Below are positions 1 to 10,512 of a stretch of DNA of 54,812 bases, in pieces; positions within the stretch are counted from its first letter, which is position 1; every line of letters begins with the position of its first letter. Position numbers and translations under genes: made by a program. The stretch is taken from assembly GCA_048938445.1 (NCBI GenBank), contig JBHLME010000011.1, forward strand, positions 1-54,812. Reading direction: 5' to 3'. The DNA comes from Promethearchaeota archaeon (GTDB lineage Archaea > Asgardarchaeota > Lokiarchaeia > Sigyniarchaeales > SOKP01). A model generated the notes under the pieces. That model saw only the letters and a program-made list of their open reading frames with translations. It was not told the DNA's origin and did not search any database.

Positions 1-1350
1 ACCAATTCCTTCACGATGAATCATCATTTCAAGGAGTTGTAGTAAATAAGAATTATCTCCCCATTTTGGTAAAAATCCTTCAGAATAGCCCTCGCATTTG
101 AAGTCTTTTTCGGTTAACAATCCACTTTCACAACATTCATAAACGAATGCGATGACACATCCTGCAGAAATAGTATCCATACCTGCGCGATTAAGTAATT
201 CATTTGCTTTTAAAAGGAGATCTAGATTATTATTTAAGATTAAACATCCTAACGAGGCACAAGTTTCATATTCAGGTCTATGGGTTTCTTTCTCTGGATA
301 AGGTAATGCATCATATTCCAAAATTGCACCACATCGAGCTGGACAGGTAAAACAACCATATTGTGTTTTCATCAGTTTCTTTATTTTTTTACCGTCTATT
401 TTTTTAGCAGATTTCATTGGAAAATCTTTATATCCTACACCCTTGAAATTCTTTATTGGGGAATCTCCTATTTGAGAAGAAAGGACATTAGCTGAAGTGG
501 TTCCCAATTGAGCAGAAGAAAACATCTGGATAACCATTCTGGATAATGAGGGAGAATCAAAAGAAGTTATTCCAATTTTTAATCTCCGCATTAATGATGC
601 TAATGATCCGATATTTGCTGTAAATCTCGTTATAAATCCCTTTTTAGCCATTTCATTGAAATTGGAATTATATTGTTTAACATGGTTCATTAACCTGGTC
701 TTGTCATGCAATTCAATTTTCCTGTTTTCTTTACTTCTACGTATACACACTGCTTTCAATTTTTTGGATCCCATCACTGCTCCAAGACCACTTCGAGCAG
801 CAATTCTTCCTGAATCATTAACTACTCCGGATATTAGCGAGAGATTTTCACCCGCTAGACCAATACACGCAACTTTAACACGGGGACCGTGTATTTTTTC
901 AATAAGTTTTTCAGTTTCTACGGCATCTTTTCCCCATAACTCAGAAGCATCAAGTAATTGAATATTTTCTCCATCGATAAATAAATAAATTGGTTTTTCG
1001 GCTTTTCCTTCAAAAAAAATTCCATCAAAACCAACTCTCTTAATTTCTGGACCAAATGTACCTCCTGAATTGGCATTACCCCATCCTCCTGTTAATGGAC
1101 TTTTTCCACATACCATATAGCGACCTGAGAATGGAGTTGCCGTTCCAGTAAATAAACCAGGGCATATACCTAATATGTTGTCAGGTCCCAAAGGATCAAT
1201 ACCAGGTTTTTGATGGGTATAAATATAATAAACTCCTAAACCATATCCTCCATAATATTGGCGATATATCTCATCTGGAAGTGTTTCAATTCGCCAATTA
1301 GATTCAGATAAATTAACTTCTAATATTTTTCCGTGATAACCCCGTGACAC
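1..1350 (-). CDS. aor: Aldehyde:ferredoxin oxidoreductase family (W/Mo-pterin), 3' end runs off the window
   Basis: Not in the ORF track. Manual translation from GTG at 1350 gives (M)SRGYHGKILEVNLSESNWRIETLPDEIYRQYYGGYGLG...KSPLTGGWGNANSGG...AARSGLGAVMGSKKLKA...CFTCPARC...PEYET...GMDTISAG, all typical AOR motifs. Confidence 0.9.
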   Translation of the reverse strand, partial: MSRGYHGKILEVNLSESNWRIETLPDEIYRQYYGGYGLGVYYIYTHQKPGIDPLGPDNILGICPGLFTGTATPFSGRYMVCGKSPLTGGWGNANSGGTFGPEIKRVGFDGIFFEGKAEKPIYLFIDGENIQLLDASELWGKDAVETEKLIEKIHGPRVKVACIGLAGENLSLISGVVNDSGRIAARSGLGAVMGSKKLKAVCIRRSKENRKIELHDKTRLMNHVKQYNSNFNEMAKKGFITRFTANIGSLASLMRRLKIGITSFDSPSLSRMVIQMFSSAQLGTTSANVLSSQIGDSPIKNFKGVGYKDFPMKSAKKIDGKKIKKLMKTQYGCFTCPARCGAILEYDALPYPEKETHRPEYETCASLGCLILNNNLDLLLKANELLNRAGMDTISAGCVIAFVYECCESGLLTEKDFKCEGYSEGFLPKWGDNSYLLQLLEMMIHREGIG

Positions 1351-1534
1351 AATAATCAATATTATTTTTTATTAATTGTTTCTAGATTCTATCTAACTTC
1401 TATTAAATAGTTATTTCTTATATTTGTTAATTAAAGTAAGACTATTTTTCTTTCTCAAACTTTTAAAAAAGATGGAAAATAATTAAGATTATTAAAATAG
1501 GCTTTCATTATTTATAGTTTATTTAGTTTATTCC

Positions 1535-2701
1535 ATGACTAATAGAAATATTTTTTCTGATTATGGATTAATTGGGGACAATTTAGATGTCAAAAAGAAT
1601 ATTCATTTAGAAATTGATAATAACGGAAAGATTTTAACCATTAAATATGAAGAATTGGATGAAAATGAGGATATAAATCTATCAAATCAATCATCATTAC
1701 TCGTTCCAGGTTTTATTAATTCACACGTTCATATTGGAGATAGTTTTGCAAAAGAAAGAGGCTTTAACCGAGATTTGATTTCAGTTGTAGCTCCTCCTAA
1801 TGGTCTAAAACATCAACTACTTGCTGAAACCTCTAAAGATTTAAAAGTAAAAGGAATACAAAAAGCTGCTTTAGAAATGCTTACAAATGGAATCACATGT
1901 TTTGCTGACTTTCGGGAAAATGGTTTGGAAGGAATCATGATCCTAAATGAAGCTTTAAAAGATTCTCCAATCAGATATAAAATTTTTGGACGTTTCAATC
2001 AAAAAAATGAGATTAAATCGATTTTTCAATTAGCGGATGGAATAGGTTTAGCCAGTTATAAAAGCGTCACGAGTTCAATTAAGGAGGAACTAAGAAAAAG
2101 TAAGGATATATTTAAAAAATTGATTGCATCTCATTGTGCTGAGGTCGTGAGAAATGAGAATCTAATAAAAGAAGTTATTAATGACAATATAATTGATATT
2201 ATCGTGCATGGAACACAGTTAAAATATAATGATTTGGAATTAATAAAACAAAAAGGATTGGCTTTAATATTGTGTCCCAGGTCAAATGGATATTTTGGAG
2301 TCGGTTTTCCTCCAATTATAGATATATTAAAATTAAATATTCCTATCTCATTAGGAACAGACAATTTGATGGCAAATAGCACGGATTTATTTGAGGAATT
2401 GCGTTATTTATATCGAATCACGAGAGTTTTAGGAAGAAATCTAGATATAATTAAAATCTCCCCTCAAGACTTATTAAAGATGGTAACCATTAATGCGGCC
2501 AGAAATTTAGGATTGGATATGGAAATGGGATCAATTTTAGAAGGAAAAAATGCTGATTTTTTTATTATTGATTTAAAAGAACCAAATCTCTGGTGCAAAA
2601 TGGATTTTGATACCTTACATACTTTAATTGTTCAACGGACAAGACCAGAAAACATAAAAAAGATATTTATTAAAGGAGAACTTATTTTTAAAAGAAATTA
2701 A
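1535..2701 (+). CDS. Metal-dependent amidohydrolase (archaeal deaminase-like)
   Basis: PGFINSHVHIGDS (HxH), HCAE, VHG, LCPRSN, LGTDN, TINAAR and GKNADF motifs of the amidohydrolase TIM barrel. Confidence 0.85.
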   Translation: MTNRNIFSDYGLIGDNLDVKKNIHLEIDNNGKILTIKYEELDENEDINLSNQSSLLVPGFINSHVHIGDSFAKERGFNRDLISVVAPPNGLKHQLLAETSKDLKVKGIQKAALEMLTNGITCFADFRENGLEGIMILNEALKDSPIRYKIFGRFNQKNEIKSIFQLADGIGLASYKSVTSSIKEELRKSKDIFKKLIASHCAEVVRNENLIKEVINDNIIDIIVHGTQLKYNDLELIKQKGLALILCPRSNGYFGVGFPPIIDILKLNIPISLGTDNLMANSTDLFEELRYLYRITRVLGRNLDIIKISPQDLLKMVTINAARNLGLDMEMGSILEGKNADFFIIDLKEPNLWCKMDFDTLHTLIVQRTRPENIKKIFIKGELIFKRN

Positions 2702-2716
2702 TTTAGAAAATATTAT

Positions 2717-3478
2717 TTAGGTTTCTTCTTCTATTCTAAGTATTTTTTTGAACCAATTAGGCATTATTAATCCCAAGTAGAATAATATAGCAGAAATGAA
2801 TATTATAAGTCTAATTATTATTAAAGGAATTATCTCTAAATCCACAAATCCATCTATAATTACTCCAATGTTATACAATATCGTTGCTATTAAAAAAAAT
2901 ATGCCATTCCATCGCCTAACTGCTGATTTACTATCTCTTATTGAAATTAAACAAAAATGAGGAATAGTAATATCACCAAAAATCATTGCAAATATTATAA
3001 AAACTAATACAAAACCTCTATATTCAGAGTCGAATGGATTATTTAAAAACCCAATTAAAAGTTCTCTTAACCATTGTGGTGCAAACATGAAAATAATTAC
3101 AGAAATATAATAGAGGAGAGAGAGAATTCCCATCCATATAAGCACTTTTTTTCTATACTTTCGTGCTATTAACGTTGTATAAACATAGCTCCAACTCATT
3201 AAGTAAATAGGAACTCCCAAAGTTCCCAGCACGATATATACTTCATCAATAAATGTATGTTTGGTAAAAACCCAAAATATATAAGAGAAAGCACTTGAAT
3301 ACCATGCCGTGTTAAGTCCAATTAAGTAGAGTGCGAATACATATAAAAGTTTATCTTGATATCGTCGAGCTTTTAAGACGATTAAACATATTAAAAAAAA
3401 AGCAAAAAGAGTACCAATAAAGCTGAGAAATCCAGTAATTTGGATCAAAGGATCTAAATATTCTACTCTTGCTCTCAT
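2717..3478 (-). CDS. Hypothetical polytopic membrane protein (~7 TM)
   Basis: 253 aa with about 7 hydrophobic segments; GGGAGAA-like SD upstream of the ATG; no catalytic motif recognised. Confidence 0.7.
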   Translation of the reverse strand: MRARVEYLDPLIQITGFLSFIGTLFAFFLICLIVLKARRYQDKLLYVFALYLIGLNTAWYSSAFSYIFWVFTKHTFIDEVYIVLGTLGVPIYLMSWSYVYTTLIARKYRKKVLIWMGILSLLYYISVIIFMFAPQWLRELLIGFLNNPFDSEYRGFVLVFIIFAMIFGDITIPHFCLISIRDSKSAVRRWNGIFFLIATILYNIGVIIDGFVDLEIIPLIIIRLIIFISAILFYLGLIMPNWFKKILRIEEET

Positions 3479-3782
3479 ATTATTCTCCCTTTCTCATCTT
3501 TATACATTGTTTCTCTGTAGAATGCATATATCGATTCATGCTTAAAAATATTGTTATTAGTCCATTGTCTAAGTATTTAGAAAGGATCTTTAAATATAAA
3601 AAAAAATAGGATAACATATTATTATAAGATGAGAAAGAAAAATCATTAAAGAATTCATGATAAGAATTATTAATAAAATCCTATCAAAAAAGAACTAAGT
3701 TTGTAAAATATAATAATTGGTTATCATTATTATTCTCTAAAAACTCTTTAAATACCAATAAATAGCTAGTTAAAAAAAGAAC

Positions 3783-4442
3783 ATGAAGAATAAACCTTTC
3801 ATCATTTTGAATGCAGCAATGAGCATTGATGGAAAAATAGCTTCACGATCAGGTGATCCTGAATTATCTGACGAAGATGATTGGAGAGCCGTCCATGAAC
3901 TCCGTTCTAAAATGGATGCCATCATGGTTGGAAAGGGAACAATACTCAAGGATAACCCAAAACTCCATATTAAATTCCATGAACATAATGGGTACTATAG
4001 AATCGTGATGGACAGTAACCTTTCCATTCCTATTGATTCAAATGTAGTTAAATATGAACCAAAATTATATCCAACAATCATATGTACAACTGAGAATGTT
4101 TCTAAAGAAAAAATAAATGAATTTGAAACTAAAAACGTAAGAATTCTAAAAGTTGGAAAGGGAGCTAAGGTTGATATTATAAATTTATTACCAAAATTAC
4201 ATGAAATTGGAATTCATTCAATATTATTGGAGGGGGGTGGTACCTTAAATTGGAGTTTCATTAGCAATGATCTTGTGGACGAGATAAGGTTAACAATTGC
4301 GCCATGGATCGTTGGTGGAAGAGATGCTACTAGCTTAGTTGAAGGAGAGGGATTCGATAAAATGTTCCAAGCCCCCAGGTTTAAATTAGTAAGTATTAAA
4401 TATCGGAATGATTATGCAATTTTGAAATATCTGAGAGGTTAA
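3783..4442 (+). CDS. arfC: 2,5-diamino-6-ribosylamino-4(3H)-pyrimidinone 5'-phosphate reductase (RibD C-terminal type)
   Basis: AAMSIDGKIA, DAIMVGKGT, DNPKL, LLEGGGTLN and DEIRLTIAP; no deaminase domain; riboflavin context. Confidence 0.9.
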   Translation: MKNKPFIILNAAMSIDGKIASRSGDPELSDEDDWRAVHELRSKMDAIMVGKGTILKDNPKLHIKFHEHNGYYRIVMDSNLSIPIDSNVVKYEPKLYPTIICTTENVSKEKINEFETKNVRILKVGKGAKVDIINLLPKLHEIGIHSILLEGGGTLNWSFISNDLVDEIRLTIAPWIVGGRDATSLVEGEGFDKMFQAPRFKLVSIKYRNDYAILKYLRG

Positions 4443-4451
4443 ATGTAATTC

Positions 4452-5549
4452 ATGAATGGTTCAAATACGACTTATTTTAAGAATCTGTCTCTGAATAAAA
4501 TAAAAGAGAAAGTAAAAGAGATCAAAGCTCAATTACCTAAAGAAGAACAAAAAATTATTACCTATTCAAAAAATTTCACACTCTCTTTATCTAATTATTG
4601 TGAAAATCAATGCGGTTATTGTTTTTATAATTATAAAATTCCAAAAATCAATGGAGAGGGAAATGTAGTTCTTTTAGATAATGAACGGATAGTAACTTTA
4701 GTTCAAAAAGCTCTCCAATTTAATTGTAAGGAGGCCCTTCTCATGTCAGGTGAAAAACCCGATACTTTTACAGAAGTTCAAGATGAATTAGAAGGAAGGA
4801 GTTGTATTGACTATATTGAATTTGTTAAGGATATATGCCAATATTTAATAGATTTTAAATTATTACCTCATACAAATATTGGAGTCCTTACTTACGAGCA
4901 ATTAAAAGCTTTAAAACCATATAATGCTAGCATGGGTTTAATGTTGGAAAGTTCGAGTGAATTGTTATTCGAGAGAGGAGGCGTGCATGAATTATCCCCT
5001 ATGAAAAAACCAGAAATAAGAATCGGACACATTGTAAATGCGGGTAAGTTAAAAATTCCATTTACTACGGGATTATTATTAGGGATTGGTGAGATTTTTG
5101 AAGATAGAATCAGGGATTTGCTCCTCATTAAGGAAATTCATGAGGAATATCGACATATCCAAGAGGTTATCATCCAAAATTTCATATATAAAGAAGGTAT
5201 TCCCTATAAACCAGAAATTCCTCTTAAAATGGAAGAAGTCTTAAAAATAGCCGGGATTGCAAAAATAATTTTTGAAAATGAAATCCATGTACAAGTTCCA
5301 CCTAATCTAATTAAAGGACATGAACAAGACTTTATTGATATGGGAATTGATGATTTTGGAGGTATTTCTCCTTTTACCTTAGATTACATTAATCCGAATA
5401 ATGAATGGCCGCAAATTGAACATTTAGAAAATATATGTAATCAAAAGGGATTTGAATTAATAGAGCGCTTGCCAATTTACAAAAAATATATTAATAACTC
5501 AGAATTTTGTTCAGATAATATCAAAAAAGTTATAGAGAATATTAATTAA
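4452..5549 (+). CDS. cofG: FO synthase subunit 1 (radical SAM)
   Basis: ITYSKN, CENQCGYC, EALLMSGEKP, LPHTNIG, ASMGLMLES, PFTTGLLLGIGE, QEVIIQNF, QVPPNL, DDFGGISP and NPNNEWP. Confidence 0.93.
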   Translation: MNGSNTTYFKNLSLNKIKEKVKEIKAQLPKEEQKIITYSKNFTLSLSNYCENQCGYCFYNYKIPKINGEGNVVLLDNERIVTLVQKALQFNCKEALLMSGEKPDTFTEVQDELEGRSCIDYIEFVKDICQYLIDFKLLPHTNIGVLTYEQLKALKPYNASMGLMLESSSELLFERGGVHELSPMKKPEIRIGHIVNAGKLKIPFTTGLLLGIGEIFEDRIRDLLLIKEIHEEYRHIQEVIIQNFIYKEGIPYKPEIPLKMEEVLKIAGIAKIIFENEIHVQVPPNLIKGHEQDFIDMGIDDFGGISPFTLDYINPNNEWPQIEHLENICNQKGFELIERLPIYKKYINNSEFCSDNIKKVIENIN

Positions 5550-6680
5550 ATGTTAAGGTCTCAACTTTTAGATAGGATTAATCCAGATATTAAAGAGATC
5601 CTAGAAAAACCATTAAAGGGTCAAGAATTAAGCACTAAAGACGCTTTGAAATTGTTAAAAGTCACGGGAAAAGAGTTTTTTGCTTTACAACACGTGGCAG
5701 ATAGAATTTGTCAAGAGAAAAAAGAAAATATTGTCACTTTTATAATAAATCGAAATATAAATTTTACAAACATTTGTAATAAAGGATGCAGGTTTTGTTC
5801 TTTTAGCGTGTCTAAAAATTCTCAAGAAGGTTTTTTGTTATCTATAGATGAACTTCGAGAAAAAGTTATCGAAGCGAAAAATAATCATTGCACTGAAGTA
5901 TGCATTCAAGGAGGGATCAATCCAGATCTATCATTTGATTATTATCTCGATATCCTAAAGACTGTTAAAGAGGTTGATAAAAACATGCATATACACGCAT
6001 TTTCTCCTCAAGAAGTATTTAACATGTCTGAATTATGGGGAGATTCTTTAGAGAATACTTTAATAGAACTTAAAGCAACAGGCTTGGATTCAATGCCAGG
6101 TACTGCTGCTGAAATTTTAGTTGATGATGTACGTAAGATTATTTGTCCAAACAAGGTTTCTACTCCTCAATGGATAGATATTATTGAAACTGCTCATTAT
6201 ATTGGTATTCCTACAACATCCACTATAATGTATGGTCATGTAGAAGAATTAAAAAATAGAGTTGAACATTTAGATGTTTTAAGAAATATTCAAAAAGAGA
6301 CAATGGGATTTACTGAATTCGTTCCCTTAGTTTACATGAGAGAGAATCCCGTGCTTTCTAGATCGGATAAATATAAGCTTAAACCCAATTATGGTATTGA
6401 TGATTTAAGGTTATATGCGGTTTCAAGGTTATTTCTTAATGACTATATTGATAATATCCAGTGTTCATGGGTAAAATTAGGACCAAAGTTTGCTCAAGTA
6501 TCTTTGGAATATGGAGTGAATGATTTTTCAGGTACTTTAATGGAAGAAAACATTTCAAAGACTGCAGGTAGTAGACATGGAGAATATCTACCTCCAGAAG
6601 AAATTATTGACATAATAAGAACTGCAGGTAAGCATCCTGCTCAAAGGGATACTCTCTATAACATCATTAAAGAATTTTAA
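5550..6680 (+). CDS. cofH: FO synthase subunit 2 (radical SAM)
   Basis: NRNINFTNICNKGCRFC, TEVCIQGG, HIHAFSP, SMPGTAAEIL, TIMYGHVE, FTEFVPL, NIQCSWVKLG and GTLMEENIS; directly follows cofG. Confidence 0.93.
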   Translation: MLRSQLLDRINPDIKEILEKPLKGQELSTKDALKLLKVTGKEFFALQHVADRICQEKKENIVTFIINRNINFTNICNKGCRFCSFSVSKNSQEGFLLSIDELREKVIEAKNNHCTEVCIQGGINPDLSFDYYLDILKTVKEVDKNMHIHAFSPQEVFNMSELWGDSLENTLIELKATGLDSMPGTAAEILVDDVRKIICPNKVSTPQWIDIIETAHYIGIPTTSTIMYGHVEELKNRVEHLDVLRNIQKETMGFTEFVPLVYMRENPVLSRSDKYKLKPNYGIDDLRLYAVSRLFLNDYIDNIQCSWVKLGPKFAQVSLEYGVNDFSGTLMEENISKTAGSRHGEYLPPEEIIDIIRTAGKHPAQRDTLYNIIKEF

Positions 6681-6938
6681 AATAATGATTAAAAATATTC
6701 TTTCTACTCATAAATGGGTAATTATAATCTCCAATTATATATTGGATTAAGTTATTAGGAGTGATATTTAAGGAGATATTGAAAGAATCATTGATTATAT
6801 TAATGAAATTCATTATTATTTCTTAGAATATATAATTTAATTCCATGAATTCCCTTATTTTCTGTTATTTTATCTACTCAATAATTTAAATAAATAAGGA
6901 TGATTATTTTTTTTTAATTAAAATTATCAGAAATTTCA

Positions 6939-7655
6939 ATGAAGAGAAATACTGAATTAGCAATATCGGAGCTTGCTAAAGGTAATCTTATATTAGTATA
7001 TGATATTGATGGTCGCGAAGAAGAAGTAGATTTAGTTTGCCTTGCTACTAAATGCACACCAAAACATGTATATCATTTAAGACACGATGCGGGAGGATTG
7101 ATATGCATAGCTATGCATCATAGAATAGCAAAAATACTTGGACTCCCATTTATGTCAGAAGTATATTCAAAATCTTTAGATAATTATGCAATTTTTAACC
7201 ACATCGCTCCTGATTGTAATGCACCTTATGGAGATAAACCCTCGTTCTCTATTACTATTAATCATATAAACACATACACGGGAATTACGGATAGAGATCG
7301 TTCATTAACCATTAGAGAATTTGGATTACTTGGTACTCAGATATTAATGAATAAACGAAGTAGCATTGATTTTCAAGAGGTTTTTGGAAAATATTTCCGA
7401 ACACCAGGACATACTCACTTATTAATTGCAAATCAAGACTTAATCAATGCAAGGCAAGGGCATACCGAATTAACGGTTACTTTAGCTTACTTGGGAGGTT
7501 TATCACCAATTACAGTTTTATGTGAAATGTTAGATAGTGAAACAGAGAGGGCTCTTTCAATAGAAAAGGCTAAAGAATTCTCTAAAAAAAACAACTTAGT
7601 AATGATTGAAGGAGTAGAAATTATAGAGGCTTATCAAGAAGTTATTAAAAATTAG
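6939..7655 (+). CDS. ribB: 3,4-dihydroxy-2-butanone 4-phosphate synthase, archaeal type
   Basis: YDIDGREEEVD, AGGLIC, FSITINH, TGITDRDR, FRTPGH, RQGHTE and CEMLD. Confidence 0.93.
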   Translation: MKRNTELAISELAKGNLILVYDIDGREEEVDLVCLATKCTPKHVYHLRHDAGGLICIAMHHRIAKILGLPFMSEVYSKSLDNYAIFNHIAPDCNAPYGDKPSFSITINHINTYTGITDRDRSLTIREFGLLGTQILMNKRSSIDFQEVFGKYFRTPGHTHLLIANQDLINARQGHTELTVTLAYLGGLSPITVLCEMLDSETERALSIEKAKEFSKKNNLVMIEGVEIIEAYQEVIKN

Positions 7656-7668
7656 GAAGTGTGTAAAA

Positions 7669-8142
7669 ATGAGTAAAAAAAATATAGGAATTGTTGATAC
7701 GACTTTTGCTCGCGTTGATATGGCAAAGATGGTAATACAAGAAATTGAAAATACTACAAGTAAGGTAAATTTAATAAGATATACAGTTCCAGGTATTAAG
7801 GACTTACCTGTTGCTTGCAAGATTTTATTTGATAATTATGAATGTGAAATGTGTATTGTACTTGGCATGCCTGGAGCTGCTGAAAAAGATAAAATTTGTG
7901 CACATGAAGCTAGTCAAGGTATAATCTCATGCCAATTAATAACTGGAAAACACATAATTGAATGTTTTGTTCATGAGGATGAGGGGGAAACTCCAGAAGA
8001 AGTAATTGAAATTTGCGATAATAGAGCTCGAAAACATGCTCAAAATGTATTAAGATTGTTATTCGACAATATTTGGCTCCAGAAGCATGCAGGATGTGGT
8101 TTAAGGCAAGGTTTTCCGGATGTGGGGCCTATCAAACAATAA
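7669..8142 (+). CDS. ribC: Archaeal riboflavin synthase (lumazine-synthase paralogue)
   Basis: GIVDTTFARVDM, TVPGIKDLPVACK, GMPG, HEAS, FVHEDE and GLRQG. Confidence 0.93.
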   Translation: MSKKNIGIVDTTFARVDMAKMVIQEIENTTSKVNLIRYTVPGIKDLPVACKILFDNYECEMCIVLGMPGAAEKDKICAHEASQGIISCQLITGKHIIECFVHEDEGETPEEVIEICDNRARKHAQNVLRLLFDNIWLQKHAGCGLRQGFPDVGPIKQ

Positions 8143-8145
8143 AAA

Positions 8146-8589
8146 GTGATAAACATGAATGAAAAAAAACACAATATAGGATTAGTCGTAGGAGAGTTTC
8201 ACTACGATATTACGGAAAACATGTTAAAAAAGGCAAAAGAACATGCAGAATTTCTGGGTTGTAATGTAACTGAAATTATAAAAGTTCCTGGAAGTTTTGA
8301 CATGCCGCTCGCTATAAAAACTTTATTGATTAAAGAAAAAATAGAAGGAGTTGTTTGTTTGGGTGCAGTTATAAAGGGAGATACTGATCATGATCAAATT
8401 GTAGCCCAACATGCAGCAAGAAAAATGGTGGACCTGTCGTTAGAGTTTAATAAACCTGTCGCTTTGGGAGTTTCAGGTCCAGGAATGACAAGAGTAGAAG
8501 CGGTTGAGAGAATTGAGGATTTTGCCCGCCGCTCTGTAGAAAGCGTAGTGAAAATGATAAGACGTTTAGAATTTTCAAGTAAGAATTGA
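8146..8589 (+). CDS. ribH: 6,7-dimethyl-8-ribityllumazine synthase
   Basis: [22 protein letters not shown] and [11 protein letters not shown]. Confidence 0.93.
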   Translation: MINMNEKKHNIGLVVGEFHYDITENMLKKAKEHAEFLGCNVTEIIKVPGSFDMPLAIKTLLIKEKIEGVVCLGAVIKGDTDHDQIVAQHAARKMVDLSLEFNKPVALGVSGPGMTRVEAVERIEDFARRSVESVVKMIRRLEFSSKN

Positions 8590-8601
8590 GGGATAAAATA
8601 T

Positions 8602-9357
8602 TTGATTCAAATCACATGCATTCAGATAGATAACTTTGGACCCTTCACGGAAAAAATGGGGGATAATAGGGAGCATAAGATTCAAATCCTTCTCTCAGAA
8701 TTATTTATATTTTTGCAAAAAGCTTTTAATCGTCAAAACGGTTTGGTATTTTTTGTTTCAAAAGATAACATGATCGCAGTATCCAATGGAATTTCAGTTG
8801 AAGATCATTACCTGATTATACAAGAAGTTGAAAAAAAATATCCTATCACAATAAGTATGGGAATAGGGATAGGAAAAACTCCAATTGAGGCTGAATATGA
8901 AGCATCAAGCCTTTTAATTTCAAAAGGAAGTGCACAATCTTCAAGGAAAAAAGTTCTTGCTCATAATGGACAAATAAATTCCAATAATCATAAATTAAAA
9001 ATAGCGCATGTTGACATAAACTTTTATACAAAAATCGCAACAGATGTATTCCCGTTATATTCAAATTTTTTTAATTTAAAAAGAGGACACATTACTCTAA
9101 TGGAAGCATTTAGGGAGATTGGAGCACTTTGCTTTTTTAATGGAGGTGATAATTTTATTTGTGTTTGTCCAAGTTCAGTAAAGAAAGAAGATATAAAACT
9201 TATAATTGAAGAGTTTGAAATTAAACATGTTCCTTGGACATTAAAAGCAGGTATAGGGTGTGGTCATAATATTTTAGAGGCAATTTCAAAGGCAAATTCA
9301 TGCTTAAGGAGTATTAGAGAAAATAATAATGTAAATAAAGTAATGCTTCTAAATTAA
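8602..9357 (+). CDS. arfA: GTP cyclohydrolase III (IIa)
   Basis: IQIDNFGPFT, RE..IQ, DNM, SAQ, IAHVDIN, FNGGDNF and LKAGIG. Confidence 0.85.
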   Translation: MIQITCIQIDNFGPFTEKMGDNREHKIQILLSELFIFLQKAFNRQNGLVFFVSKDNMIAVSNGISVEDHYLIIQEVEKKYPITISMGIGIGKTPIEAEYEASSLLISKGSAQSSRKKVLAHNGQINSNNHKLKIAHVDINFYTKIATDVFPLYSNFFNLKRGHITLMEAFREIGALCFFNGGDNFICVCPSSVKKEDIKLIIEEFEIKHVPWTLKAGIGCGHNILEAISKANSCLRSIRENNNVNKVMLLN

Positions 9358-9394
9358 ATATATTTGAGGAAATAATTTTATTTAAATCTATTTT

Positions 9395-10069
9395 ATGGTT
9401 AATCTTATTTTAATTCCTATTGGGAGTTTTGAACAACACGGACCTCACCTACCCCTAGATACAGATTACTTAATTGCATGTAGTTTAGTTAATAAAATGA
9501 AACTAATTTTTGGGGGGAAGGTGATCCAAGGTATAAAAATAGGAATCTCACCAGAACATTTTAGCTTCAGAAAAACTAAATCAATTTCAGAAGAAGTATT
9601 TATCACTCAAATTGAAGACATTTTAAGAAAATTTCATAAATATTCTAAATTAGTTTTTATTAACGCTCACGGAGGGAATGTTCGTGCATTAAATTCAATT
9701 CAAATTAAGCATAGAAAAAAAATTTTAGTTATTAATACATTTTCTATAATAAAAGAAGATTTATTAAGGTTTAGAACTTCAAAAATCGGTGGAATCTGTC
9801 ATGCAGGTGAATATGAAACGTCATTAATGCTATATTTATTTCCAAAAAAGGTAAAATTGAATCTTTTAAATGAAAAGTCTGTAAAATATGTACCTTCCTT
9901 AGATCCAAATTACATGAATGCTAAATTAAAGAATTGGAATGCAAATGATTATTCCGCTTCTGGAATTTTAGGAGATCCATACCACGCTACACCAGAAAAA
10001 GGAAGAAAATGGTTTATTTCTTTAATTAAAAATTCCAAAAATTTAATCGATAAATTTCTTTTACGGTAA
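9395..10069 (+). CDS. arfB: Creatininase-family amidohydrolase (FAPy deformylase-like)
   Basis: PIGSFEQHGPHLPLDTD, SPEH, NAHGGN, HAGEYETS and GILGDP; ArfB role inferred from position after arfA. Confidence 0.75.
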   Translation: MVNLILIPIGSFEQHGPHLPLDTDYLIACSLVNKMKLIFGGKVIQGIKIGISPEHFSFRKTKSISEEVFITQIEDILRKFHKYSKLVFINAHGGNVRALNSIQIKHRKKILVINTFSIIKEDLLRFRTSKIGGICHAGEYETSLMLYLFPKKVKLNLLNEKSVKYVPSLDPNYMNAKLKNWNANDYSASGILGDPYHATPEKGRKWFISLIKNSKNLIDKFLLR

Positions 10070-10492
10070 TTTAAATGAAAGTATGATTTCACCTGAAGCG
10101 GTTATTTCATTGTTCGATTTCTTCACGGTATATTCACATTTAAGTATTTTTGAACCATCTAATTCTTCAATTTCATTAATCTTACCTTGATGAATTAATT
10201 TATCATCTGGATAAACGGGATTCACAAAATTTATTGTAATGTTTTTAATTGGATTAACATCAGCGATCCAATCAACTAACCATTTTGGTATAAAAGTAAA
10301 AAGATAATTTCCTGCGACTATTATGGTATCATATCCCGCTCTTTGAGCATATTTTTTACTAATATGAATGGGATTTATTTCCTTGATTAATCGATTGTAT
10401 TTACGATATTTTTGAGCAGATATCTCTACCACATATTCGGGTAATTCATATCCAATTTTTAATTCATTCGGATCAATAGGATTAATATTCAA
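10061..10492 (-). CDS. MaoC/hotdog-fold acyl dehydratase
   Basis: NPIH...YAQRAGYDTIIVAG and FVNPVYPDD; the usual catalytic Asp appears to be replaced (KEINPIH). Confidence 0.75.
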   Translation of the reverse strand: MNINPIDPNELKIGYELPEYVVEISAQKYRKYNRLIKEINPIHISKKYAQRAGYDTIIVAGNYLFTFIPKWLVDWIADVNPIKNITINFVNPVYPDDKLIHQGKINEIEELDGSKILKCEYTVKKSNNEITASGEIILSFKLP

Positions 10493-10512
10493 TTTCTATT
10501 TACACCTATTAT

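Noticed and set aside
656-961. 101-aa + strand ORF
   Set aside because: Antisense shadow of the AOR gene, which has the convincing motifs.
6681-6938. Possible FMN riboswitch upstream of ribB
   Set aside because: Very AT-rich, with none of the conserved FMN aptamer sequence.
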